Shown here piece after piece: positions 21,724-33,915 of a DNA stretch of 62,034 nt. This DNA comes from Dehalococcoidia bacterium (GTDB lineage Bacteria; Chloroflexota; Dehalococcoidia; GIF9; UBA5629): NCBI GenBank assembly GCA_034429855.1, contig DAOUFT010000111.1:1-62034 (forward strand), in the 5' to 3' direction. How positions within the stretch are numbered: position 1 is the first letter of the stretch; every line of letters starts with the position of its first letter. The translations under genes and the position numbers were made by a program. A model generated the notes under the pieces. The model saw only the letters and a list, made by a program, of their open reading frames with translations, had not been told where the DNA came from and did not search any database.

Positions 21724-21811
21724 TAAGTATTACCCTCCGGGGTCAATTAAGAACAGTATACCGAGGCTATTAGGTAAAGGCTATAGGTATCGACACCTAA
21801 TTAATAGGAGA

Positions 21812-22876
21812 TTACTTTTCCTCGGCCAGCCTTCTCTTCAACAGATCTATCTCCGGAACCGGGCTGGGATCGATACCGTTGAGCATCGCCAGGTAGTAGC
21901 TGACCCAATCTCCCAGCAGCACCAGGCTCATGACGTGTTTCAGGGCATTGCCCCCGTGGCTGTCAGCATATTGATGGGGTATACCGGCCTTTTCGAGGAG
22001 TTCTCCTGTAATTCTATACCGGATGAGAGTGCGAGGGTGCAGGGACTGGCAGCGCAGTAAAATGACATACATGCGATCTGCCATATCCGCCGGGAACTGG
22101 TAACCCAGTACCGCATTATGATTGAGTTCGGGCAATGTCTCGAAGAAGGCCCACTGCTTGCTGTTCTCGTTGATCTGGGTCTTCCACCTGCGGGCTACAT
22201 CGGTAAGTATTCCGGCGCCGTAAACGACCGCTATTTTCCCGTACAGCCTGATTGCCAGCATCTTGGCCTGGTTCTGCGTTGTCGGGCTGTCTTCCCGCCA
22301 GCTTTTCTCCAGCGTTTCAAGGGCTCGAAGCATGCCATCCACACCGGCCTTTTTGGCGCTGGCAAAGCCAAGGTTGCACATGATTGCCAGCAGGGGCAGG
22401 AAACCATACCCGAGGGCTGCGCGGGGCGGGGAGGCGTGCTCTATAGCGAAAACAGGCACTTTATTCTCGCGGGCCAGCTCGCTCAGCCTTCCGCCCGTTG
22501 AGATAACCAGTCGCTTGCAGTCAGCCCTCAGGGCCTGTGTAAATCCCGAAATGGTTTCTTCTGTATTGCCGGAATAGCTGGCCCCGATTACCAGCGTTTT
22601 ATCGTCTACCCAGGCGGGAAGATCATAATCGCGGTGTACCAGCACCAGCGGGCGCTTCAAGCCGGCGGTAAGGCCGCGCAGCAGGTCTCCACCGATAGCC
22701 GAGCCCCCCATGCCGAGAATTACAATCTTGTCTACATCGGAGTAAGCGGCTGGCAATTTGAATTTGCAGGCGCTATCCCAGGCCTGGCGGCACTGGTCCG
22801 TCAGACCGCGTATCTGAGCTCCCATGCCTGATTTATCCTGGGAAGCGTAAATTGAATTATCATCCAGGTTTATCAT
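21812..22876 (-). CDS. bifunctional phosphoglucose/phosphomannose isomerase (SIS-domain family)
   Basis: 354 aa with SIS-like GMGGSAIGGDL and SYSGNTEET motifs. Its length and architecture are typical of PGI/PMI. Confidence 0.8.
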   Translation of the reverse strand: MINLDDNSIYASQDKSGMGAQIRGLTDQCRQAWDSACKFKLPAAYSDVDKIVILGMGGSAIGGDLLRGLTAGLKRPLVLVHRDYDLPAWVDDKTLVIGASYSGNTEETISGFTQALRADCKRLVISTGGRLSELARENKVPVFAIEHASPPRAALGYGFLPLLAIMCNLGFASAKKAGVDGMLRALETLEKSWREDSPTTQNQAKMLAIRLYGKIAVVYGAGILTDVARRWKTQINENSKQWAFFETLPELNHNAVLGYQFPADMADRMYVILLRCQSLHPRTLIRYRITGELLEKAGIPHQYADSHGGNALKHVMSLVLLGDWVSYYLAMLNGIDPSPVPEIDLLKRRLAEEK

Positions 22877-22879
22877 GGC

Positions 22880-24304
22880 TCATACCCCCACCATCTCCTG
22901 TCCGCTTTGAAGGAGTTTCTGCACCTCTTCCATGGAACTGCATTCGGCGTAGATGCGGACCAGCGGCTCCGTTCCCGAGAAGCGTATTAAAAGCCAGGAG
23001 CCGTCCTCCAGTTTATAGCGGAATCCATCCCTGGTGTCCAGCTTTACAACTTTCCGTCCTCCAATTTTTGAGGCAGGCGAAGAGGACATCTTGGCCAGCA
23101 TCTGTTGTTTGATCTCGCCGGTCGTATGTATATCCAGCCGGTCGTAATAATGAGGGCCGACCTTTTTAAAGAGGTTTGCCAGCAATTGCGAGGGAGACTT
23201 GCCCGTCCTGACCATATAGTCGAGGAAATACAGGCCGGCCAGCATGCCATCTCTCTCGGGTATGTGTCCTCGGAAACCGTAGCCGCCGCTCTCTTCGCCG
23301 CCCAGCAGGGCTTTTTCCCTGATCATGACCGGCGCCACGTACTTGAATCCCACCGGCTCCTCAAAGACCGGCACATCATACATCTCGCCGATCTGGAAGA
23401 GCATGTCGGTGGAAGTCAGTGTCTTGACCAGCGGCCCGCGCTCCTTGCGCACGTCCAGTAAATACATGGCAAGCAGAGCGAACACTTCCTGCGTGGTCAT
23501 GAAGCGTCCATTCTCATCTATAATGCCGATGCGGTCTGCGTCGCCGTCCGTGGCGAATCCAACCGCAGCATTGTTCCGTATGACCTGCCTGGCCAGCTTG
23601 CTCAGATTTTTGCTGATCGGCTCCGGTTGAATACCCGGAAAGAGCGGATTGCGAACCTTGTTGATCTCGTGTACCTCGATCTGTCCGCCGTCCAGCAGGC
23701 TTTTGAAATAGCCGATGCCGGCACCGAACATGGAGTCCACCACGATTTTAAGCTTGTTTTGCTTGAGCGCCTCGATATTTATCAGGCGGTTGAGATGCCG
23801 TTCATAGGCATGGTATGGATCATGGTACGTGACCAGCTTCTTCCTGAGCCCCTCGGCCAGGTCCAGCCGGTTCATCGACCCCTTATATGCGGCATCATTA
23901 GCCGATTGCTCAATCTTTGCGATGATCTCGGTGGGCGCGCTAGAGCCGCTTGCCACCTTGTATTTAAAACCGTTATACTCGGCCGGATTGTGACTGGCGG
24001 TTATCATGATCGCGCCGTCTGCCTTTAGGGCTGTCACGGTGTAGCTGGTCACCGGTGTGGGCGCAGGCTTGGGCAGAAGAAACACCCGTATGCCGTTTCC
24101 TGCCAGCACCTCGGCCGCGGCCACGGCGAACTCTTCGGAACCGAAGCGGGTATCATAACCTATAACAATACTTGACCTGGTAGAGCCTGAGCCTTTGAGA
24201 AGATCGGCCACGCCCTGAGCGCAGGCTCGTACATTGGCGTAAGTGAAATCCTCGGCAATAACGGCCCTCCAGCCATCAGTGCCGAACTTGATCGTCGGCG
24301 CCAT
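22880..24304 (-). CDS. phosphoglucomutase/phosphomannomutase (alpha-D-phosphohexomutase)
   Basis: 474 aa with active-site loop TASHNP, metal loop DGDADR and sugar loop GGEESGG. Confidence 0.88.
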   Translation of the reverse strand: MAPTIKFGTDGWRAVIAEDFTYANVRACAQGVADLLKGSGSTRSSIVIGYDTRFGSEEFAVAAAEVLAGNGIRVFLLPKPAPTPVTSYTVTALKADGAIMITASHNPAEYNGFKYKVASGSSAPTEIIAKIEQSANDAAYKGSMNRLDLAEGLRKKLVTYHDPYHAYERHLNRLINIEALKQNKLKIVVDSMFGAGIGYFKSLLDGGQIEVHEINKVRNPLFPGIQPEPISKNLSKLARQVIRNNAAVGFATDGDADRIGIIDENGRFMTTQEVFALLAMYLLDVRKERGPLVKTLTSTDMLFQIGEMYDVPVFEEPVGFKYVAPVMIREKALLGGEESGGYGFRGHIPERDGMLAGLYFLDYMVRTGKSPSQLLANLFKKVGPHYYDRLDIHTTGEIKQQMLAKMSSSPASKIGGRKVVKLDTRDGFRYKLEDGSWLLIRFSGTEPLVRIYAECSSMEEVQKLLQSGQEMVGV

Positions 24305-24307
24305 AAT

Positions 24308-25522
24308 CTATATACCCGCTTCCGCCTTTAAAATTCTGGCTTTATCGGTTTTTTCCCAGGGGAATTTAACGTCAGTGCGGCCGAAATGGCCGTAGGATGC
24401 AGTGGCCTGATAGATAGGCCTGCGCAGGTCGAAGTACCGTATGATGGCCTCGGGCCGCATGTCGAAATGCTTGTGGATCAGCTTAAGTATTGAGGCATCG
24501 GGTATCTTACCGGTCCCGAACGTCTCGATGGAGACGGACAGTGGATGCGCCACCCCGATAGAATAGGCCACCTGCAACTCCAGCCTGTCGGCCAACCCCG
24601 CGGCAACGCAGTTCTTGGCGATATACCTGGCCATATAGGTGGCCGAGCGGTCAACCTTGGTGGGATCTTTGCCGGAGAATGCGCCGCCGCCGTGGCGCGC
24701 GTAGCCGCCGTAGGTATCCACCAGCAGCTTGCGTCCGGTGAAACCGGTATCGGAAACAGGGCCCCCCACCTCGAAACGCCCTGCGCTGTTAACATATATT
24801 TTGGTGTTTTTATCCATCATATCGGCCGGTATGACCGGCTTGATCACCTTCTGTATAATATCGTGTCGGATTGTATCATTGTCAGGATCCGGATCGTGAT
24901 GGGCTCCAATGACCAGCGCCTCAATCCTTTTGGGCTTGCCGTAGCTGTACTCCACGGTCACCTGGGATTTTCCGTCGGGCCTGAGGTAGGGAATGATGTT
25001 CTTTTTACGTGCTTCCGCTAGGCGCTGTGTGAGCTTGTGTGCTAGAGCGATCGGCAGAGGCATTAGCTCCGTAGTCTCATTGCAGGCATAGCCAAACATC
25101 ATTCCCTGATCGCCGGCGCCGGTCAGGTCCAGCTCGTCCGCTTTCTTTCTGCCAAACCTCACCTCGAGCGCTTTGCTTACACCGGCGTTGATGTTCGGCG
25201 ACTGTTTTTTGATGGATACGATGGTGGCAAGGCTCTGATAGTCGAACTGGAACTCCGGCTTGGTATAGCCGATATCCTTAACAATGCGCCTGACCACGTC
25301 GGGTATCTCAACATATGTCCTGGTCGTTATCTCACCCAGCACGATTACCAGACCGATGGTGACCGCGACCTCGCAGGCAACCCGTGACTTGGGATCGTGC
25401 TCGATCATGGCGTCGAGTATGCCATCAGCTACCTGATCGCATAGTTTATCGGGGTGTCCCTCGGTAACCGATTCGGACGTAAAATAATACCTTGGCGATC
25501 TCATGAACGTGTTTTTCATCAT
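24308..25522 (-). CDS. metK: S-adenosylmethionine synthetase
   Basis: 404 aa, [17 protein letters not shown] and [16 protein letters not shown] motifs. The start may be the second ATG (25519), judging by GAGGAG spacing. Confidence 0.96.
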   Translation of the reverse strand: MMKNTFMRSPRYYFTSESVTEGHPDKLCDQVADGILDAMIEHDPKSRVACEVAVTIGLVIVLGEITTRTYVEIPDVVRRIVKDIGYTKPEFQFDYQSLATIVSIKKQSPNINAGVSKALEVRFGRKKADELDLTGAGDQGMMFGYACNETTELMPLPIALAHKLTQRLAEARKKNIIPYLRPDGKSQVTVEYSYGKPKRIEALVIGAHHDPDPDNDTIRHDIIQKVIKPVIPADMMDKNTKIYVNSAGRFEVGGPVSDTGFTGRKLLVDTYGGYARHGGGAFSGKDPTKVDRSATYMARYIAKNCVAAGLADRLELQVAYSIGVAHPLSVSIETFGTGKIPDASILKLIHKHFDMRPEAIIRYFDLRRPIYQATASYGHFGRTDVKFPWEKTDKARILKAEAGI

Positions 25523-25535
25523 TGCTCCTCGTGAA

Positions 25536-28381
<2,846 letters not shown>

Positions 28382-28464
28382 GCGTGATGATGATGGCGGT
28401 CGAGTGGACGGGCATCAAGCAGACCGGATAAGTTATAATTCAGGCAATATTAAGAACACGGTGA

Positions 28465-30051
28465 GTGAATATGAAGAGTGAGGAAAAGAGCCTGTTCAGC
28501 CAGCGGGTGAACGCACTGCGCATCAACCCCGCTGCCATAGAGTGTATCAGGATATATGGAGCTGACGGCGGAGTTATACGTAATACAAAGGGGAAGGCAG
28601 CCTCGATCAAAATCTATGCTTCTATTGTTTCCAATGATGGGTATATCAGTCCGGATAGTGCCCGAAAAGGGCTGGAAGTATACGGGGCTGCGCTGAGAAA
28701 TGAGGCAAAAAGGAGACCGGGTCTGCATCCCGAGATAGAAAAGCTGGAAAGCATAGCACGCTCAAAGCATGCGGTCAGGTGCGATATTATGCGCTACGAG
28801 TCATACAAGCCGGTGCCCGAGCGTATTATGAAGGCGCTCCCTGAGGCACTGAGAAAATTTCCTACGCCCTTTTACATCTACGATGAGGAGGGTATCAGAG
28901 AAACTGCCGGGGCATATAAAAAGGCCTTTTCCTGGGTGAAACCGGCCTACAGAAACTACTTCGCCGTAAAGGCCTGCCCCAATCCCCACATTGTTAATAT
29001 TCTAATAAGGGAGGGATTCGGGGCTGACTGCAGCTCCCTGGCGGAGCTCGTTATCGCAGAAAGGCTTGGTTTGAAAGGAGAGGACATCATGTTCACCTCC
29101 AACGATACGCCGGCCGATGAATACGTAAAAGCCAAACATCTCGGCGCTATCATCAATCTGGATGATAAGACGCATATAGGATACCTCGATAAGAACGCTG
29201 GTATGCCCGAACTGATCTGTTTTAGATATAATCCGGGACCATTGAGGGAAGGCAACGATATCATCGGTGATCCCCGTGAGTCTAAATACGGGGTGACCAC
29301 CGCTCAGATACCGGGGGCCTATATTAAGGCCATGGAGTTGGGCGCAAAGCGGTTTGGCCTGCATACAATGGTTGTATCCAATATGCTGGATGAGCAGTAC
29401 CTTGAGGAAACGGCGGTAATGCTTTTCAAGCTGGCCGCGATGATAAACCACGATATCGGCATAAAGTTCGACTTTATTAATCTGGGAGGCGGATTCGGCA
29501 TTCCCTATAAGCCCGAACAGATTGCAATCGATCTGGAAAAGGTATCAGCCGGAATACGCCGCGCTTATAAAAAGTACATTAGAGATATGGGTCTGGGCAC
29601 GGTGCGCGTTGTGACCGAATGCGGAAGGGCTATTACCGGCCCGCATGGATTTCTGGTGTCGAAGGTCAGGCATGTAACAAAGAAATACAAGGACTTTGTG
29701 GGATTGGACGCGTGTATGGCAAACTTAATGCGCCCGGCGCTGTATGGTGCCTATCATCATATAACGGTATTGGGCAGGGAAAATGAGCCAAAGAACCGTG
29801 TGTACGACGTGGTTGGCTCGCTTTGTGAGAATAACGACAAGTTTGCGGTGAACAGACCGCTGCCGGCGGTTGCACCCGGCGACATCATGATAATACATGA
29901 CGCCGGCGCACATGGCTACGCCATGGGATTTCAGTATAACGGTAAGCTCCGTTGCGCAGAATTGCTGGCTACTTCCGGAGGCAAGGTTAATCAAATAAGA
30001 CGGGCAGAGGGTGTGGACGACTATCTGGGCACCATCGAGAAATGGCCATAG
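28465..30051 (+). CDS. fold-type III PLP decarboxylase (diaminopimelate/ornithine decarboxylase family) with ~105-aa N-terminal extension
   Basis: 528 aa with PLP-lysine context YFAVKACPN, phosphate loop GGGFGIPY and a CENNDKF substrate loop. The conserved core begins near FPTPFYIYDE (aa ~123). Start is GTG 28465 or ATG 28471. Confidence 0.8.
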   Translation: MNMKSEEKSLFSQRVNALRINPAAIECIRIYGADGGVIRNTKGKAASIKIYASIVSNDGYISPDSARKGLEVYGAALRNEAKRRPGLHPEIEKLESIARSKHAVRCDIMRYESYKPVPERIMKALPEALRKFPTPFYIYDEEGIRETAGAYKKAFSWVKPAYRNYFAVKACPNPHIVNILIREGFGADCSSLAELVIAERLGLKGEDIMFTSNDTPADEYVKAKHLGAIINLDDKTHIGYLDKNAGMPELICFRYNPGPLREGNDIIGDPRESKYGVTTAQIPGAYIKAMELGAKRFGLHTMVVSNMLDEQYLEETAVMLFKLAAMINHDIGIKFDFINLGGGFGIPYKPEQIAIDLEKVSAGIRRAYKKYIRDMGLGTVRVVTECGRAITGPHGFLVSKVRHVTKKYKDFVGLDACMANLMRPALYGAYHHITVLGRENEPKNRVYDVVGSLCENNDKFAVNRPLPAVAPGDIMIIHDAGAHGYAMGFQYNGKLRCAELLATSGGKVNQIRRAEGVDDYLGTIEKWP

Positions 30052-30056
30052 CCAGT

Positions 30057-30866
30057 TCACGTAGGGTTGTCATCAGGAAAACCGCTTATTGTTTTATCAC
30101 TGTTCGGTCGGATGTCGCCGGCCAGCCTGTCAAGCCACTCGATGGATTTAAGTTGCTTCTCCAGTAAATAGCGAACGTTATCGCGCAGGATGCCTTTAAT
30201 CTCCCGGGCTAGCTCCGCGCTGAGCTTAACTCGCCCGGCAGTGTCCATATCGCTACGCTGCCAGAGGCGTAGTACCTTTTGCGCATTTACTGAAATAGTC
30301 CTTGCCGACATATCGGAGTAGGCGCACCCGCGGCAGAGCACGCCTCCTTGTGCTGGATTGAAGTAGTTCACCTCCGGTTGGAGGACCCTGTTGCAGTTGG
30401 CGCACTTGTGAAGCTGCGGAGTATAACCCAGGTGGCCCAGCAGGCGGAGCTCGAAGTATCTTACCATACGTTCCCCGTCCTTGGTTTCCGTCAGCCTTTT
30501 CAGCGTATCGAGCAGGAGGTCGAACATCTCCCCGTCTTCGACATTCTCCTCGGTGAAGCTGTCGACCAGTTCCGAGAGATAGAATCCGCAGGACATCAGC
30601 TCCAGGCTGTCGCGCATGGGAAGAAAGATATCCAGAGCCTGTGCTTGTGTAACGATATCGAGATTGCGGCCGCGTGCCAGCATAAGCTGGCTGTGTGCCA
30701 GCAGCTCGACATTGCCTCCCAACTTGCTGCCGGGGCGCATCGCTCCCTTGGCTATAGCCCGCAGCTTGCCGTGGTCTGAAGTGAATATAGTAAGAAGCCT
30801 GTCGGCCTCGCCGAATTTATAACGTTTTATGATGATGCCGGTAGTACGGTAAACCCGTGCGGCCAT
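30057..30866 (-). CDS. recO: DNA repair protein RecO
   Basis: 269 aa with an OB-fold N-terminus (YRTTGIIIKRYKFGEADRLLTIFT) and Zn motif CANC...CRGC. Lies downstream of recR. Confidence 0.88.
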   Translation of the reverse strand: MAARVYRTTGIIIKRYKFGEADRLLTIFTSDHGKLRAIAKGAMRPGSKLGGNVELLAHSQLMLARGRNLDIVTQAQALDIFLPMRDSLELMSCGFYLSELVDSFTEENVEDGEMFDLLLDTLKRLTETKDGERMVRYFELRLLGHLGYTPQLHKCANCNRVLQPEVNYFNPAQGGVLCRGCAYSDMSARTISVNAQKVLRLWQRSDMDTAGRVKLSAELAREIKGILRDNVRYLLEKQLKSIEWLDRLAGDIRPNSDKTISGFPDDNPT

Positions 30867-30873
30867 GCGTACG

Positions 30874-31488
30874 CTAACTCATCTCCTGGCGACCTTCTAG
30901 CGCGCGGCTGAGCGTGACATCATCGGCATATTCCAGATCACCACCGAAGGGTAGGCCGCGTGCCAGTCGTGTAACTCTGATGCCCAACGGCGAGACCAAT
31001 CGCTGAATGTACAGCGAGGTGGCCTCGCCCTCTGCGTTTGGATTGGTGGCCAGTATTACTTCGACGATTCTTCCCGAGTTTAATCGTTCCAGTAGCTCCC
31101 GTATGCGCAAATCCTCTGGCTTTATACCGTCACCGGGAGATATTACGCCGTGTAGCACATGGTAAAGGCCACGGAACTTCTTGGTACGTTCTAGCGGCAG
31201 GATGTCGATAGCCTCTTCGACAACGCAGATCCTGGTTGCATCCCTTGCCCCATCGGCGCATATCCCGCAGGGATCGATATCAGTGATGTTGAGACAGTTG
31301 GAACAAAGCCGCAGATTCTGTTTGACCGCCATGATGGCATCTGCAAGGTCACGTGTCCTTTCAGGCGGTGCTTGCAGAAGATGATAAGCCAGGCGCTGGG
31401 CGCTCTTAGGGCCAATGCCCGGCAGTTTATTGAGCTCTTCGATGAGCCTTGAAAGGGGGCGGGCAGAGGGGAGGAAATCGGGATTCAA
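30874..31488 (-). CDS. recR: recombination protein RecR
   Basis: 204 aa with HhH (LPGIGPKSAQRLA), a Cys4 zinc finger (CSNC...CGIC) and a Toprim domain. Confidence 0.95.
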   Translation of the reverse strand: MNPDFLPSARPLSRLIEELNKLPGIGPKSAQRLAYHLLQAPPERTRDLADAIMAVKQNLRLCSNCLNITDIDPCGICADGARDATRICVVEEAIDILPLERTKKFRGLYHVLHGVISPGDGIKPEDLRIRELLERLNSGRIVEVILATNPNAEGEATSLYIQRLVSPLGIRVTRLARGLPFGGDLEYADDVTLSRALEGRQEMS

Positions 31489-31497
31489 ATATCGCTC

Positions 31498-31803
31498 CTA
31501 CATCAGCCCGGGAATCTTAAGACCGCCGGTCAGCTTGCTCATATTCTGTGTAGCCAGTTCCTGAGATTTTTGCACCGCTTCATTGCATGCAGCCAGCACC
31601 AGGTCCTGCAGGAAGTCTACATCCTCCGGATTGACGACCTCGGGCGATATGGTAATCGACTGAAACTGCTGATGCCCGTTGATGACTATTTTTATGGCGC
31701 CTCCGCCCGCTGTGACCTCTATATTGGTCTTGCTCAGCTCCTCCTGGGCCTTGATCATTTTAGCTTGTAATTCCTGTATCTGTCGCAGGTTAAATTGACT
31801 CAT
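31498..31803 (-). CDS. ybaB: YbaB/EbfC family nucleoid-associated protein
   Basis: 101 aa at the canonical dnaX-ybaB-recR position. Has the typical C-terminal tail (LTGGLKIPGLM). Confidence 0.9.
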   Translation of the reverse strand: MSQFNLRQIQELQAKMIKAQEELSKTNIEVTAGGGAIKIVINGHQQFQSITISPEVVNPEDVDFLQDLVLAACNEAVQKSQELATQNMSKLTGGLKIPGLM

Positions 31804-33479
31804 TTTCCCTCCGTTTCGGCATTGTCATCAACGATTCTGGCTCCCATGCTCAAAGCAGCCTCCACCAGGTGGTTGCTGCTTGCGGGTTTCAGTTCGGATT
31901 TGGCACCACCCTGCTGGATCAGGATGCAGGTAACAGTATAGGTATGGCCGAAAACCTCTTTTAATTTCTTTTCGATAATGTGAAGGTATTTTCTATTATC
32001 AATATAGCTCTTGTGAAATTCATGGTAGAAACCGAGGACCAGATTGTCACCTTTGATCTCAACTGGCTCGCAGGCGTGGCGCAGGCGGGCATCGAGGTTA
32101 CCCCCCGAACCTTCCCCGCGCATGGAATTGATGAAATCCTTCCAGTGCTCCTGTAAATACTTTAAATCGTTAGGATCGTCCATCTTCAGCGGTTCCGACA
32201 GTCGATGCTGGTCGACCGCATCCGGTGGTGTGTGAACTGATGGCGGGGTTGTTGACTCGGCAACTTTGGGTGGCCTGCTCACCAGGCCTGCCGGCCGGGC
32301 CTGTTCGAGCGGTCGGTTTATCCGCAAAGTTGGTGCAGACGGACGGGATGACGGCCATTCCCTTCCGGATGATTGATCAGTATTGGAGTTTTTTTCCTTG
32401 GCATGCTGTGAGACGACGCTTTCCACCAGTGCGAGTTCGAGAGGAAGGGGTGAATAGCTGTCCATGCGCAGGTCCACACTGCTGAAAAGCTTGATGGAAT
32501 TCAGCAGGTAATCGAGGGTAGTGCCGGAGGCTGTTTTCTGCATCTCGGCAAGGTCATCCGAAGTAGCATCAATCATATCGGCCGAGCCTGATTTAGCCAG
32601 CAGGAGCTGACGCAGGTAGTCCACCAGTTCGCGGTTGAATTGCCTCAGATCCAGGCCTTCAGTAGCTACGGCGTTAATGACCTTCAGTCCCGCAGACACA
32701 TCCATGGCAATAATGCAGCGTGCCAGCTCGCGAATACGCAGGTCTCCGCTGATGCCCAACATAGCCTGCGCCTGCGCCAGGCCGATTTTGTTGCCGTAGT
32801 AAGTTGTGAGCTGTTCCAGCAGGTTGGTTGCATCGCGCAGGCTGCCCGTTGTTACTTTTGCCACCAGTTTGAGAGCCTCCGGGTCTATCTCGATTCCCTC
32901 TTTGGTGCAGATATGAGACAGCCGCGAGATGACCGCGTTGCTGGACAGACGGTGGAAATCGAAGCGCTGGCAGCGGGATGTTATGGTGGCAATGATTTTG
33001 TGCGGGTCCGTTGTTGCCAGGATGAAAATAACGTGGGGCGGCGGCTCCTCCAGTGTCTTAAGGAAGGCGTTTGCTCCTTCCCGTGTTATCATATGCACTT
33101 CATCGATGATGTAAACCTTATAGCGCAGTATATTGGGAGAGTAGTTTACTCTCTCCTTCAGGTCGTTCATGTCATCTATGCCGCGGTTGCTGGCCTCGTC
33201 GATCTCAATGATATCCAGCGCGCTACCCTTGTTAATGGCGAGGCAGGAATCGCAGGAATTGCATGGTTCGCCATCGACTGCTTCGCGACAGTTGACAGCC
33301 TTGGCCAGTATACGTGCGGTGCTTGTCTTGCCGCTGCCGCGCGGACCGCAGAAAAGGTAGGCATGGGCGATACGGGCGCTCTTTATGGCATTGCGCAGAG
33401 TCTGGACAACATGCTCCTGGCCTGCTATTTCACTGAATGTTTGAGGTCGCCATTTGCGGTAAAAAACCTGGGAGGTCAT
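31800..33479 (-). CDS. dnaX: DNA polymerase III subunit gamma/tau
   Basis: ATG 33479 gives MTSQVFYRKWRPQTFSEIAGQEHV, 559 aa. Walker A GPRGSGKTS, Zn module CNSCDSC and an SRC motif are present. The ORF-track start 33500 is a TTG lying inside a TATAAT box. Confidence 0.94.
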   Translation of the reverse strand: MTSQVFYRKWRPQTFSEIAGQEHVVQTLRNAIKSARIAHAYLFCGPRGSGKTSTARILAKAVNCREAVDGEPCNSCDSCLAINKGSALDIIEIDEASNRGIDDMNDLKERVNYSPNILRYKVYIIDEVHMITREGANAFLKTLEEPPPHVIFILATTDPHKIIATITSRCQRFDFHRLSSNAVISRLSHICTKEGIEIDPEALKLVAKVTTGSLRDATNLLEQLTTYYGNKIGLAQAQAMLGISGDLRIRELARCIIAMDVSAGLKVINAVATEGLDLRQFNRELVDYLRQLLLAKSGSADMIDATSDDLAEMQKTASGTTLDYLLNSIKLFSSVDLRMDSYSPLPLELALVESVVSQHAKEKNSNTDQSSGREWPSSRPSAPTLRINRPLEQARPAGLVSRPPKVAESTTPPSVHTPPDAVDQHRLSEPLKMDDPNDLKYLQEHWKDFINSMRGEGSGGNLDARLRHACEPVEIKGDNLVLGFYHEFHKSYIDNRKYLHIIEKKLKEVFGHTYTVTCILIQQGGAKSELKPASSNHLVEAALSMGARIVDDNAETEGK

Positions 33480-33587
33480 GGTGCAGTTATTATACCCCAA
33501 CCACGCAAAAATTCTGCAAAAGCAGCTGACCGCTGTTCAGCAAGGTGTTGATCAAGTGTAAATCAGGGTGCAACACCAGCCCTGCTG

Positions 33588-33596
33588 TGCTATAAT
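33588..33596 (+). promoter_or_regulatory. extended -10 promoter element (TGCTATAAT) for rpsO-pnp
   Basis: TGnTATAAT at 33588-33596, 35 nt upstream of the rpsO TTG. Only a weak -35. Confidence 0.45.
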
Positions 33597-33630
33597 CATG
33601 CGTTATCAGAGTTAATACAGGAGTACGGCA

Positions 33631-33894
33631 TTGGACAAGGAAAAAAAGCAGGAAATAATGAAGAGCTATGCCATAAACGAGAAAGATACCGGCTCTTCCG
33701 ATGTGCAGGTCGCAGTGTTGACCGAGAGGATCAACCAGCTGTCCGCGCATCTGAAAGACCATTCTCATGATCAGCATACACGTCGATCTCTTCTCAGGCT
33801 TATCGGGAGGCGCAGGCGGCTGTTGGCTTATCTGAGCAGGGAAGACATCAACCGCTATAGAACCCTCATCGGCAAGCTTGGATTACGTAAATAA
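33631..33894 (+). CDS. rpsO: 30S ribosomal protein uS15
   Basis: TTG start with AGGAG at 33618-33622. 87 aa, DTGSSDVQVAVLTERINQLSAHLK motif. Confidence 0.94.
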   Translation: MDKEKKQEIMKSYAINEKDTGSSDVQVAVLTERINQLSAHLKDHSHDQHTRRSLLRLIGRRRRLLAYLSREDINRYRTLIGKLGLRK

Positions 33895-33915
33895 AACAAA
33901 ATAGAGGGTTTAATA

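Noticed and set aside
28440-28790. Possible lysine (L-box) riboswitch or long leader upstream of the DAP-decarboxylase-family core
   Set aside because: The segment is an uninterrupted in-frame extension of 108 codons with coding-like purine-rich first positions. It lacks the AGAGGNGC / GCCGAAG / CUGUCA L-box landmarks, so I treated it as a protein N-terminal extension.
32640-33551. 303-aa + strand ORF opposite dnaX. Similar long antisense ORFs occur at 4627-5283, 5445-6206, 8369-9169, 25716-26369 and 55934-56647.
   Set aside because: All lie fully inside strongly conserved genes on the other strand. They lack SD sequences and recognisable motifs, and their composition is typical of antisense frames in genes with RNY codon bias.
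33480-33630. Looked for an SRP (4.5S/ffs) RNA, which often sits just upstream of dnaX
   Set aside because: Neither strand carries a GGAA-tetraloop or AGCAGC...AAGG domain-IV-like motif. The 151-nt gap is accounted for by divergent promoter elements.
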